A DNA stretch of 64,000 nucleotides, from IMG/VR virus record IMGVR_UViG_3300035698_010745, one strand, 5' to 3'. The notes beneath the pieces are model-generated. The model ran no database searches, had not been told where the DNA came from, and worked only from the letters and a program-made list of their open reading frames with translations. This document shows, piece by piece, positions 10,593-22,630 of the stretch; positions within the stretch are counted from its first letter, which is position 1; the number at the start of each line of letters is the position of its first letter. The DNA comes from an uncultured virus (IMG/VR IMGVR_UViG_3300035698_010745) (Duplodnaviria; Heunggongvirae; Uroviricota; Caudoviricetes). A program made the translations under genes and the position numbers.

Positions 10593-11434
10593 GAAGGGAG
10601 CATCTCAAAATTGTACTCCTCACGTCAATCTTTCTTCTGTGTCTTCTGTGACTATTATACACGGCCATGTCACCGTGCCGTTCAAGTGTTTTCCGTATCC
10701 ACCAATACAGGGGCATGACGCGAAGTACCCGAACTTAGCGGGTTCCTTCGTGCCCGGTTTCCGATAAACGGATTTCTCCTTCACGATTTCCTGCCCGCAC
10801 TCCGGGCACGTGCCTCGGACTATGGCCCATCCCCACGGCATTCCTCACTCCTAACGATAACAAGGCCCTCCAATTTGAAACTAACCTCTGCGCTTCGCGA
10901 ATTGCTCACCACCATTGTTACCATGCACTCCTTCGGAAATGGATTCGACTCCCGGTCTATAAAACGACCACACTCCTTGCCATCCCGGTAAACAAGGTAG
11001 AGGTTACTGTCCATAGACTGCCGAACAGCAACCAAGCCCCGTTCATAAAATACGTCCTCCAATGCCTCATCCCAGACAACGACGGCCCCCAGAGGGACTT
11101 CAGAACTCATCATGTCCTGATGGCAACACACCTTACCCTGGGACAACATACCTGTAATAAGCCCCATATCGGTTCCGCCGCAAACCTCGCAACACAGCGA
11201 GACCCTGCCAGTCACCGTCTCTGTGTCCACCATTATCGGCATCAAGGACACACACACTCCTCCCAAGTGAACACCGTCCCGTCCGGGTTCCAGTTCGTTG
11301 CCCAGGCGTGGGGCAACCTTTCGGCGTCCCTGCCACATGTCGGACAGACAATCCCGTCAATTAATTGCTCAGTACTGGCCCCCACTAGCGGCCATCTAAA
11401 TCTCACAACGGACAGGAAAGAGCCACAGCAACAG

Positions 11435-12058
11435 CTACTCTCCCTCTTCCTGTAAACGATTCTCTGCCCCCGCACTAGAAGACACCTCGTTTTTCCCGGC
11501 AATCATTCCGACATTATGATACGCCACACAGCCGATGAGACCGTTATGGGTTTTTCGAATCACCCGAACTTCTTCTCCATCCTGTTCTGTCTCTTCGGTA
11601 CGACGAGGCTGTTCGTCTGCGGGAAGAACCCGACAGAATACCCGATATACCCGGATAGCCCAGTCCATCCCCTCCATCATCGGAGCGTCATGCTTCCGCT
11701 CTTCAACCAAGAGTTGGACTTTCGCCATGTCCATGAGATGACCCCGGATACCGTCCAGGCCGCCACCAAATGATTGAATGAACCGGCTGGCGTCGGTTAG
11801 TGGCAACGTTGGGTTGATAGAGACTTCCCCAAATGGCAAGTCGAATCGTTCGGGCATCGGCCCCGTAAACTCCAACTTGCCACCCTCCTTATTCTTCGCC
11901 CAGGCTATCGGCCCCGGAAGAGGCTCGGAAGAGACAATCGTCCCTTTATCAATAATTTTCAGGCAATCGCCCTCAATGATGACTTCGACGTCTTTCTTTC
12001 CGCCGTCGTCCGACAATATAAGCTCCCGATACATTCCAGCCGTTCTTACACTAATCAT
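11435..12058 (-). CDS. hypothetical protein
   Basis: Likely start MISVRT after AGGAGG SD. Confidence 0.6.
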   Translation of the reverse strand: MISVRTAGMYRELILSDDGGKKDVEVIIEGDCLKIIDKGTIVSSEPLPGPIAWAKNKEGGKLEFTGPMPERFDLPFGEVSINPTLPLTDASRFIQSFGGGLDGIRGHLMDMAKVQLLVEERKHDAPMMEGMDWAIRVYRVFCRVLPADEQPRRTEETEQDGEEVRVIRKTHNGLIGCVAYHNVGMIAGKNEVSSSAGAENRLQEEGE

Positions 12059-12296
12059 CGTCCTTCCTCCTTTTTTCTCCACACAATAACGTAACAGAGA
12101 TGGTATCCGGGTCAAACGCTTGGCCCAAGTTCTCTTCGTCCTTCACCTTTACAACTCCCTTCGGAATCATCGCATCAGCAATAGCATCGAAAATCGCTTG
12201 GTCCTCAGCCTTCTGTATCGCAGCCTTGGCCCGGATGGCTTTCTTGTCGATGATATCGAATCGCCGCTGCTTAATCTCAATTAGCCCACTCTTCAT
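12051..12296 (-). CDS. motif-bearing small protein, possible capsid-protein fragment
   Basis: IKQRRFDII...AIQKAEDQAIFDAI followed by IPKGVVKVKDEE. Confidence 0.6.
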   Translation of the reverse strand: MKSGLIEIKQRRFDIIDKKAIRAKAAIQKAEDQAIFDAIADAMIPKGVVKVKDEENLGQAFDPDTISVTLLCGEKRRKDDD

Positions 12297-12379
12297 GGTC
12301 TATATACACCGCCCCGTTCGCTATAACCGAAACAATCGAAGCAAAGACATGCCTGTCGGTCTCTTCGATAATGGCTTCC

Positions 12380-12412
12380 CTGGCTGTAGGCTGGCTGTAG
12401 GCTGGCTGTAGG
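12380..12412. repeat. 11-bp tandem repeat x3 (CTGGCTGTAGG)
   Basis: Three perfect copies inside ORF 12277-12741. Confidence 0.95.
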
Positions 12413-13306
12413 CAATCGAGGACCTGTTCTTCATTATACACCACTGCGACATGTGGCGCGGCCAGTTCTGTTGCCCTCTCAAATATTACAGCCACGGACC
12501 CTCCCGGACATCTGTACGGTAGTTGGTGGTCATCATGCCCAAACATCCTCCTGTCACAGCAAAACACGTTCGGGAACATCCGGCCCGCATCTCTTCCATC
12601 CTCCCAATAGTAATGCCCCGTCCGAGTATCATACGCCACTGTCCGTTTGTTTTCCTTGCATACTTCACACCGATAAAGGTAGACCCAGACTTGCATCGGG
12701 TTATCCATCTGGCCGCTCCTCCATTGGGTACACCGCCCCATTCACACAAGCCTGCTGCGCCTTTACCATCCAACTGGTACACCGTTGCCGGGCCTTAGCG
12801 AAGTCCCGTTCGAGGCCCAAGTGCGGACACTCCACCAACCGTCCCTCCCACAGCCACTCGTCACGGTCACGCCACGGTATCGGCCCGCGCTCCTGATTTC
12901 TTCGTCCCCCGTGACGACGGCAGATGTTCGTTGCCATACAATCCTTACAGATTGCCTTCAATAAAACTCTTCGTCCCACGCAAACACCACTCCTTCCGGT
13001 CTTAGCCCCTGTCCACGGGCCAGCCTGAATGCATTATCCAACATGCACCTGCCAATGATGGTTGGAGGAAAATACGCCACTTCATCAATCGGGGTGATGG
13101 TCCCTTTCGGGCCATACCAAACCCTTCTCCCCTTCCATTCAATCTTGCAATTCGGACAGTACCAATGCGGCGTGTCCCCGTCGTACTCCACAGTCAGGGC
13201 GTTTTCCGGTGGCGGTAACAGGCAGGCACTACAAATCTGCTTGCCCTTCAACGCCTCGTTGGTGGCATGAAGCATTTTGAGGAACGCAGTATTGCTCTGA
13301 GCCATC

Positions 13307-13615
13307 TTATATCCTCAAGTTGAAGCCCAGGTCCGCCATGAGTTCTTCCTCCGTCATTTGGCCTACCCACTCCTCATCCTCCACTGTCACACAACCGTCC
13401 GACAGCTTGATAGTCGGGCAACTGGCAATCTCGAACGTTGGCACGACAATTCGTTGCCCCTTGAGAGTCTTGGCCTTCAACCACAGGAACCGGCGTCTCC
13501 ACGGTGACGAATACACTACCGCCCGGAACTGCCACCGCAACTTGATGGCCCGGACAATGCGGGCAACTGCCCGCAGGGTCACTCTTCCTGAGCGTTGCGC
13601 CGTTAGAACGAACAT
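13307..13615 (-). CDS. motif-bearing small protein, possible capsid-protein fragment
   Basis: GQRIVVPTFEIASCPTIKLSD then GCVTVEDEE; start uncertain. Confidence 0.5.
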   Translation of the reverse strand: MFVLTAQRSGRVTLRAVARIVRAIKLRWQFRAVVYSSPWRRRFLWLKAKTLKGQRIVVPTFEIASCPTIKLSDGCVTVEDEEWVGQMTEEELMADLGFNLRI

Positions 13616-15337
13616 AGAGCATCTCCCGTCCGCACATCTGGCATCGGAACTTCATCAATCGTTCTTTCATTCCAAATCACCACTATCCCTGGAATCTGTT
13701 CCCACTCCCAACACGCATAGGTGCAACAATTCAGGCAGCACTTAACATTCTGCTTCAACGGGCCGCTGGGGCACAGTACTCTCATTCCAAATCACTACCT
13801 CTCCGCTCGACATCATCCATTCCAAACACAAGTATCCCTTCTTGGGACCGTACAGCATCCCTTGACATTCATCCCGACTTAGGCAGTTGGAACATGTCCT
13901 ACCCGTGTGTTTAGATTGCTGGATGTATAACCTACCCACTCATCCTCCCTTTCATCCCAAATCACCACCCCTCCGGCAGGCAACTCCCAGAATAAACAAA
14001 TCTGTGTGTAATGCCGGTCTTGCACCGGCTTGACACAACTCTCCTGGATACCACAGTTGTAACAACCCTGGAAATCGTGTTCATTTGTCAATAACTTGCT
14101 CATCCCACGTCACGGCCTGTCCCTCCAACACTTTCGCTGTCTCCCATTTGGTCCCGAAGCCATGCGTCACCACCGGGCACTCGTCAGAATGAGAAGTCAG
14201 CATATGCTCTTCTGCTGCGTTATGCCCAACGAACGCACACGACGCCCCGCATTCACCGCACCGACAAATCTCCGTCAACTTGTGCTGTCTCTTCTTCAAC
14301 GTAAGCCGTCCCCTTGGGTACAACCATCCCGGTCAGAAACTCGTATCCCAATCTGGGCGGCAATTTATCCCGGCCCCATGCCCGAATCTCAGACAGGTAG
14401 TCCACCTCTTCCTTCCAGACCCAAGCCGTGCCCGGAGGCTGGTTCGCTCTCTCGCGAGTTAACCGGGCATCGCACGAATAGCACAGTCCATTGAACCTGG
14501 TTTGCCAAACCTGCTCGCACAGTTCACATTCACGTCTCACAGCGTTCCTTGGACAATTCCAATTCATTCCAGATGACCGCCACCTTCTCTGCCTGAACTG
14601 CTTTGGTCATTCCATCACAGGACTCCTTGCAACAGGTGGTCCAAGTGGACGAGGGGGCCGCGTTAAACCATACATCGTGACACTTGAAACATGTCATGCG
14701 AGAAGGGCTCATGCCCGCTCCTCTTCCACAATCCAAACCGCTCCAGCCAGAATCCAGTCCTCCGGGCGCTCATACGCAACCCACCCAATATACTTGCCTA
14801 TATATTCTTCCTCTTCCTCTTTTATCCGCACGCATCCCTTCGGCGGGACCGTAACATCCCTGGGGCGTATCGGAAACTTCCCGACATAGCACGGAGGCCC
14901 CAGACTGAACTTCAGAACAAACTCCTCGTCCTCGACCACGACCACGCCGGGCGGGTTATCATGCGTGAAGTCCTGCATGAACCCACCGTGATAGCAATTA
15001 TCACACTGCATGATGCCCGCAAGGGAATCAGCCCATGCCCACTGGTTCACAACCCCGCACTTGGGACAAACAACGAACTTGGGTTTTTTAGGGGTTGGGG
15101 GCGTCTGCCGCTGGCCCAACGCGAAATCCCGCAAAAGTTGCGTCACCCTCTTCATAGACTGCCTCAATGTGTCCCCTCCCATCATCCCGAACTCCGAACA
15201 ACCCGTTCAAGATTCCCAAAAGTCCTACCCGGCAATTGCTGCCGTCTGCATCTGCCTGCACCTGGATAGTGGGATGCTGGGCCAACTCATCGTTGCAGGG
15301 CACCCTGGCTTCCATAAGGGCCTGCAACGCCTTCGGG

Positions 15338-15913
15338 TCATTGCAGAACGCATCGTTTAGCAACTCCACCGCATCCCCCGTCGTAATCCTTGCCCGTCCG
15401 AATGTATCTGTGTCCATTACTACTCCCCTCCCACACCACATGGAATTTATTCTTTGCCTGGAAACTCTCCCAGTCCACCGGGTCAACCCTGTCCCGTTTC
15501 GTTCTATCCATCAATAAATCAACAGCCTGATTTGTCGGGAAAGCATTCTTTCTGTCAGTAAGAACGTCATAGGGCAAGCGGGGCCGGTACTGGGATAATG
15601 AAACTGGACGAATATTTATCCAGTTCCAACAAATGCGAAGCTCTTCCGAATCGGTCTGGTTAAATAATGCCAATGGCACGATATGTCCCACCTGCCAGTT
15701 ATCGGTAAAGTTCTCCCACGACATACCATCCCGAAATTGGTGCTCAATAAATGCCCGCATAAAATCGCGGTCACACCCGAACGCCAGCATGTGCTTGTAG
15801 CTTGGAGCCGTCCCCAAAATGAAACGCCGTAGAGCAATCCCCATGCGCTTCTTTTCTCGGTTCTGTTCCTTCGCCTGTTTATACATAGATACCTCCACCC
15901 GAGAATATGCCAT
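15338..15913 (-). CDS. HNH / endonuclease VII-like protein of large viruses (possibly degenerate)
   Basis: GC...FIEHQFRDGMSWENF..WQVGHIVPL..F......CWNWINIRP. Confidence 0.7.
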   Translation of the reverse strand: MAYSRVEVSMYKQAKEQNREKKRMGIALRRFILGTAPSYKHMLAFGCDRDFMRAFIEHQFRDGMSWENFTDNWQVGHIVPLALFNQTDSEELRICWNWINIRPVSLSQYRPRLPYDVLTDRKNAFPTNQAVDLLMDRTKRDRVDPVDWESFQAKNKFHVVWEGSSNGHRYIRTGKDYDGGCGGVAKRCVLQ

Positions 15914-16710
15914 ACCCTATTGTTCCAGTCAACCACAAATTGTGTCACGTGGTCACATGTTCCACGTGGATTTCCTCGTCTCCGGGCATAGCAACACCTT
16001 TTGGGCAATCCGTAGTCTGTTCGGACGGTAATGGAAGACAAGGACACGCCCCCGAAGCCGCCGCCTCATTAACGGCAAGATGAGGCATGACAATCTTTGC
16101 GCAATTCACGCATCTCCAATCGCACCCCTCATGGCTAAACTCGTCACTGAACTCCGCTGCCGCGTCATACTTCATACGGACTCTTCTCCACTTGGCAACA
16201 CCACGCCTATCGGACAATCAATATGACTCATTGGCCACGATGCTGGCGAGAACGCAACAAAACATCGGCAGGCCAGCTTGCGCTTGGAACAACTACGGCA
16301 TCTTGATTCGGATATCGGGGTCCGGCTCTGCTCCTCGTCAAAGACCTGGACCGTGCCCCACGGTACCGGTTGGGCTTCGAATTGAGAAACCGGAGGACCG
16401 TCACAGTGCTCCCCGTCCGTATCGATATGCTCCCACCGATGATTGTGGACGCGGATACGCTCCTCGCAATGACGGCAGATATAACTCTGGTGGTAGCTGT
16501 AGCCTGCCGCTCTATCCTTGTCCGCGTTCAATCTCTTCCTCCCATGTGAATCCTATGCCATTATCCAGGATGGCAAGGCACTGGTTCAGAGTGTTTGAAT
16601 TTCCACCAATCTCGCTTACCCCGCAATGAGGACACTTCCAGGGCGTCCTATCCCCGTCCGGCCTGCATGCGAAAGGAATAGACAGGGACGGCTTTTTACA
16701 GCTCCAACAC

Positions 16711-16977
16711 TCAAACGCCGCACACTTCACGATGCCTCTTCATTAATTCAACCAGCTCACGCGGGCTAATCTCCTTAGCCCCAACTGCCACAGCCAGCTT
16801 GCGCTTGGCCTGGCAGATGTCAAAATGCACCGGATTCCGAGCCGGACGCTGAATCCAGTTCTGAGACACCCCTATCGTGTCAGCCATGTCCAACAACTCC
16901 TCTTCGGAGTCCGCCAGCATGTGACACATCTTCATCCTGCCATATGGAATCTTTCCATGGTCTACGTAGACAGACAT
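16711..16977 (-). CDS. DUF4031 family protein
   Basis: VYVD..., CHMLADSEEEL..MA..IG, HFDICQAKR..AV..GA. Confidence 0.85.
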   Translation of the reverse strand: MSVYVDHGKIPYGRMKMCHMLADSEEELLDMADTIGVSQNWIQRPARNPVHFDICQAKRKLAVAVGAKEISPRELVELMKRHREVCGV

Positions 16978-17394
16978 AGTTCCTCCTCGTGCCACGCCAA
17001 AATGCACGGCGCGTCCTGACCACACTGTACTTCCCACAACATCGAGCTTCCTCTCTTGACCATTTCTTTACCTAGAAACAAAGGGCAACCCCGGCAATCC
17101 GAAGAGCCAGGAAATTCCGCTCTGTCCGACGGGCATTTATCACGAAGGGTTAGCTTCAATTTCTTCCTCATCAAGCGTAGCAATCGTGCCCTTTTGATAA
17201 TTGTACGACTTTACGGCATACCCATCACATGTGGGGCACATTAAGCTACCGTCTGTCCAGCTCATCATCGAATTGTTGTTCCCGGACTTGTGCCTGCGGC
17301 AAATAGTCCATATGTGGCCTTGAAGACATTCACGAATTTGCATCTATCTCCTCACTGAACGGATAGATTACGCCCAACGAGGCTCCGGGACCGC

Positions 17395-17733
17395 TCACGC
17401 TTTCTCCTCCATGATGGCTCCAACACATCCGACAGGTGCCCTGGGGAAACACACTGGCACCTTTACCCGGTCATCTGTCCACACGTCTGCCGTCCACAAT
17501 TTACCAACCAAATACAAGTCGGGCAGGACCGGGTAGCGATGCGGGGGAACCTTTTCGCTCAAGCGCATTAGATTCAAATCCACACACAAGACATGGCTCG
17601 TCTTATCCCGATAGAGAGTAATCAGCTTGCTCCGGCAGACGATAACCCTTCCGGGGATGATACCGATATCTTCCAACTTCTCGAAAGCCTGTCGGAATAC
17701 CTCCCACGCGCCGGGGTGCCAGGGCTCACTCAC
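17395..17733 (-). CDS. motif-bearing protein, possible capsid C-terminal fragment
   Basis: AFEKLEDIGIIPGRVIV...VGKLWTADVW; ends APVGCVGAIMEE. Confidence 0.5.
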   Translation of the reverse strand: MSEPWHPGAWEVFRQAFEKLEDIGIIPGRVIVCRSKLITLYRDKTSHVLCVDLNLMRLSEKVPPHRYPVLPDLYLVGKLWTADVWTDDRVKVPVCFPRAPVGCVGAIMEEKA

Positions 17734-18085
17734 GCCTTACCCTCCTGCATAACGACAACGGTGCCCTGTGGCCGCTTGTCGGCCTGGTCCAGCATGTCAG
17801 CAGCCTCGTTATCTCCAAGGCCCCTTACGCGCCTCCTGAGCCTCTTCATGCGCTTCCACTGGCCCTTGTAGCCCTCAATGAATACACTCCATCCCTTCAA
17901 CTCGTTACGGGCCGGAGACAGCCGACCCACCTCAATCTTGATACCCACTCCTCACTGCCAGGCATGACACATCCTTTCGGGCAACTGGTATAGTCCACAT
18001 CACTCTCCCCCGCCCGAACCCGCTTCGCACAAACCCGGCAACGGCAATTCGGGAGCCCTGCTGTACCCCCTATAAGCATACGCCC

Positions 18086-18688
18086 TCAACAAATCAAATC
18101 GTCTACGATAATGGGAGGACCTTCTTTTGCGGGAATATAATCCAACCCACGCACAGTATTATATTCGTGCCACTCCATCGCCTCTTCGTAGTCACCACTA
18201 CCCATTTCCATATGGGCCTCGATAACCTTACTGCGCAGATAAACCACCGCCGAGTGAGGTTTATCCACCGTCCCCAATATAGCGTCGGCAAACATGTGCC
18301 GGTCATCTTCGGTACCAATAAAGGTTATCCCTCGTCTGTCCTCCTTCTGGCCGTCGTCCTCCTCAGTTAATAATCCATTATTTTCCGCCCAACACAATAT
18401 CTCATCAATAATCTCTTTGCGTCTCCCAATACGCGCATCATCAAGCAGGGGGAAGCCCATAATCCAATCCCCTTCAAGAATTGGATTAAATGCTACCTCA
18501 TCCCCTTCCACCTTCTTGACGATGGTGTACTGCTTCTTGCCGTCCTTCTCGAACGGGATAATATCGAAGCCCTGCTCCCTCGCGCTTATTAGCATCTGGG
18601 CAATAAATTCATCACCGCCGTGCACGCCGCCGTGGTGGTCCGGGGCGTTGTACAATTCCACCAGGTCTATTCTATCGTCGTCACTCAT
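18086..18688 (-). CDS. acidic hypothetical phage protein
   Basis: 200-aa ORF; C-terminal EEAMEWHEYN..G..Y....P pattern seen in phage proteins. Confidence 0.65.
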   Translation of the reverse strand: MSDDDRIDLVELYNAPDHHGGVHGGDEFIAQMLISAREQGFDIIPFEKDGKKQYTIVKKVEGDEVAFNPILEGDWIMGFPLLDDARIGRRKEIIDEILCWAENNGLLTEEDDGQKEDRRGITFIGTEDDRHMFADAILGTVDKPHSAVVYLRSKVIEAHMEMGSGDYEEAMEWHEYNTVRGLDYIPAKEGPPIIVDDLIC

Positions 18689-21600
18689 GTCATTTTCCTT
18701 TCTTTTATTTCCTCATCAAATATCTGTACCGCCCCCGATGCCGGAACAGCCACCGTCCAATCCGCAACGTCAAGTCCGTTCTGACACCAAATTGAATGTA
18801 CTATCTCATCGGTCGCGTGGTGATGCCTCCACGCCCCATTCCGGTCTAGGAATATATTGGCTCTACAATTCGAACAAATATCCGTCACCCCGGATGGCAA
18901 AAATATAGTGCCGCCACTCATCTAAGATTATACTCCGGGAGAACCCCAAGCTGTCACCCACATCTTGTACACCTCAAACATGCTCATCCGTCACCATCAC
19001 AACTCCACGCGGACAGTCCGTCCGCATCCTCTTCCATTCATCGAAATCAAAATCAAGCCGTATCGACACGTAGCACCGGCAAGGGGCTTTCGCAAACGCA
19101 ACGGTCTTCTTTGCACAGAAGCCACACCTACGTTCTTTCAGGCGGGACATTTTTCCTCGCCAACAATCATCACAATATTTTTCGGACATTTTGTCCGAGA
19201 GAGACTCCACTCCTCCCACCGACGATGGGACAGACAATTACATAACTCTCCCACCGCCCTCACAAGTGCCCTCGCACACAAGCCACACCGTGGTTCAAAA
19301 TCTTCAATTATTTCCGCACATTTTGTATAGGCCACTCCATCGGGCAGGTACAGGACATCGAGGGAACCACAACGGCACTGGGGCAATGGGATTTCTCCGG
19401 GGATATGCCGATATCGGTCAACAACCCGCCCACATGGATTGCACATCATTTTCATGACCTACGTCATAATCCCAAAATGGACAATGCCAGCCCGGCAACC
19501 GTCATCGAGAAGGTATCCCCAATACATTGCTTAGCCGCACCCTCGGCAACCCAAACGCCCTCTTGCCTGGTCACCGTCACAAGGTCCATCTGGGCCATCA
19601 ATTCAATCGCATCATCGTTGTTGATGAACGGCTCCCACTCCCGAAGCCAATCAAACGATGGCCCCCAGCCAGGCGCTCCTAACGCTTTTGCCTTGTAAAC
19701 AACGCCATCCGCCAAAAACAAATACTTCGGCCACTTTCCCTCGTCCATCGGCCCAAACTTTTCATCGAGCTGTTTTGTAACCCGAGTAAGCCCATCACAC
19801 CGATACGGCTTTATCCACCTCTCGGCAATCGCTGCAATTTTCTTATTTTCCGTCATAGCTCCTCCTCTTGAGTTACGGCAATGATGCCTCTCGGTATCTG
19901 CGTCGCATTTGTGTGTCTATTCCCAGAACATCTCTTATTCCAACCCGCCCCACGAATTTCCAGAAAATGAGTCCATTGTCCGCCGGAAGGCCCCGCCAAG
20001 CTCCACTTAAGGGGCAAGCCGCAATATCTGCACGGTCCCCCAGGATACCCCCGCCTATGCCGCGATTTGTTCATCCCAGATAAATACGCTTCCCGTCGGC
20101 TGCCAATCCGTCAACCACCAATGGCTCAAGCCGCTAGTCCAAGCCTCACAATGAGGACACGTCTCATTCACAAGATAATCTTCGCCCCCTATCTCCTCAT
20201 CATCTGTGTTCCAAATCCAAAACCTCACAAGGGCGGCATAGGTCTCTCCGCATGAGCATTCGTTCTTTCTCCACCTATAAACGTAAAATCCCACACTCAT
20301 GTAATCGCCTCATCCCAAAGAAATCCTACCCCCGGTGGTACCCAGATATGTTTCCCCGCACATTGACACTGCAAATGAGCCGGTTCAAACTCGTACCATC
20401 TCCCATAACACGTCAGGCAAAACCAATTCCACCCATACGACATCACACGGGGTTCAATAAATTCGGGAATACTTACCTCGTGCCAAATATTCACGGCGTC
20501 ATTTGGGAGCATTATTTTGTCTTGCTCAATTTGTTTCACCTGTCCGCCGCAATCCGGGCAACACCATAACTGGTCCGGCTTGTCCCCACGAGAGAAACTC
20601 TCACGATTATATTCACCAAGCGGGCATACGTTCGAGTGCCAGGTGTTATCGGGATGCACCACTCCGCAAATGCTGTCCCAGATAAACTCGTGAGAACATT
20701 TGTCACATTTCAAAATGCTGTGGTCTATGAAGGTGTGGCGCTCGGGGATTACCTGCTCCTCACGAATCATTACGGCACCTCCAGGCTCAAAAGGTTCCAC
20801 GTAATCTTGAGGAACATTCGTGCCGCAAAAGCTGCCCAGGCTGCGGTCGACATGCGTCCACGAAGCCGTGTCCCCTCTAATCTTCAACTTGCACGGCAAC
20901 CAGCAATGCTTGCAATAATGACGTTTATTTTCAGACATTTTGTACCGCCCTTTCATTAAAGGGCTTCACGCATCCGGTGGCGCATTCGTGTATAAACCAT
21001 TTCCGAGAGAACGGAATCCAATCCTCCCAGCCATCCGGGTTGGGTTCATGCTTCAGGTTCCGACAAGCATTGTACTGTTGCTTTTTGGCATAGGCAATCA
21101 TGGCCCGGTCCACAGGCCCATTGAAGGTGCCCCGCGACAACATGGTTCGTTCAAGCCGGGATGCCATCAAGCACCTCCTCACTCACCCAAGCACAGCCTA
21201 ACGGCAAAGGCTCAGCATGCTCCCCAATACGGCGGCAGCACGAACTTGAATGTGGCCACGGCCTCGGGAATTCCTCAGTCTCGTGTTGAAATACCTCCCT
21301 GGGATGAGTCCAAGTCCCGTCACTGAATTGTCGAACCTCATCCCCACAATGACAGCAAATCGGCATTTATTTTCTCATTTTCTGAATGGGTGTCCACAAA
21401 AACAGCACACAAGGGCATCGCCAAGGTACAGATAGTTCTCTTTCCAGCTCTCACAATCACACCAATTTGCTTTGGCCGGGTCCTGACCATCCACCCATTC
21501 AGCAACCTTCCCGTAAACCTCCATCAAGTCCTGGTTAGGAAGAACACCACGCAAGAACAAACCAGTAGGAGCCATAATGCAATGTATCTCGCATATGTCG

Positions 21601-22162
21601 TCAGGAACGCCGAGACCAATCCCCTTCCCACTAAAGCTGGTGACCAATGGAGACTGGTCCGGGAACTCAATTTCCAACTCCACCCAATCCGGTTCACAGG
21701 ATAAGACCTTTGCCCGACACGTAACCACCACCAATCCCTCGCTCGGGTTTGAGTCCTGTATCAATAATATCATATCATCTCCTCCTCAATTCCCAACACC
21801 GCTCCATGTGGCACCAGAAGACGTCTAGCAGTCCCAACCTCGTACTGGCCAACTTGATGGACATGCGGTCCACAAACACAATTCTTTCCAGGCACATCGG
21901 CACGGCCACAAAACCCGCAATACCACTTTGCCCGGCCATCCTGAAGACATGTGGGTAATGAAGAAGGCTTCACACAACGCTTTCTTCTTTGATTACAAAC
22001 GCAGTCCCAACTGGTACCGGAACTTGTGAGGACCTCCAAAAACCCCACGACATGTGTGCACAAGTACAATGCACAACGGACATCTTGCCACAAAGACTGC
22101 AATACGGATGCCGCTTCTCGGGATTGTAGTAAAATCCAATCCGAGTCAGAGGCTTGTCCTTG

Positions 22163-22630
22163 TCATTGTGCCGCTTCATCCTTCTCCAGTAAATCGTACA
22201 GGTCCGATGTCACATGCAAGTCCTCGCCAATCTGACGGGCATGTACCCCGCCAATCTGACGCATCCCCATTACCCCATCAGTCCAGACGCCCCGGTCCTC
22301 CCGAATGATTTTCCAATGAGCCCCGCCAAGCATTGTCCGGGAAGCAACCTCCTGAGTCGTTATCTTCCCGGACAACTCTCCCCACTTGGGAACTGTGGAA
22401 TTCGTCATGGCCTGATGATGGACGCCATCCGTCCACCTGAAGGCCACAGTGCCCTCAGAATCCGTCACAGCCCACTCGGCTACCCCTGTATCCACAGCTT
22501 CTACCCGAAGCTGCTTGCGGCCTTTGTGAAGACCGTCTGTCCGGCCTGTAAAGAAGATGCCAGAGCCAAGCACCACCAGAACCGCGACACAGACCAATAA
22601 CTCTACCAACGTGAACCCACTCTTCTTCAT
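22163..22630 (-). CDS. prepilin-type N-terminal methylation protein
   Basis: MKKSG|FTLVELLVCVAVLVVLG; in frame with an upstream Zn/motif unit from 22825. Confidence 0.75.
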   Translation of the reverse strand: MKKSGFTLVELLVCVAVLVVLGSGIFFTGRTDGLHKGRKQLRVEAVDTGVAEWAVTDSEGTVAFRWTDGVHHQAMTNSTVPKWGELSGKITTQEVASRTMLGGAHWKIIREDRGVWTDGVMGMRQIGGVHARQIGEDLHVTSDLYDLLEKDEAAQ

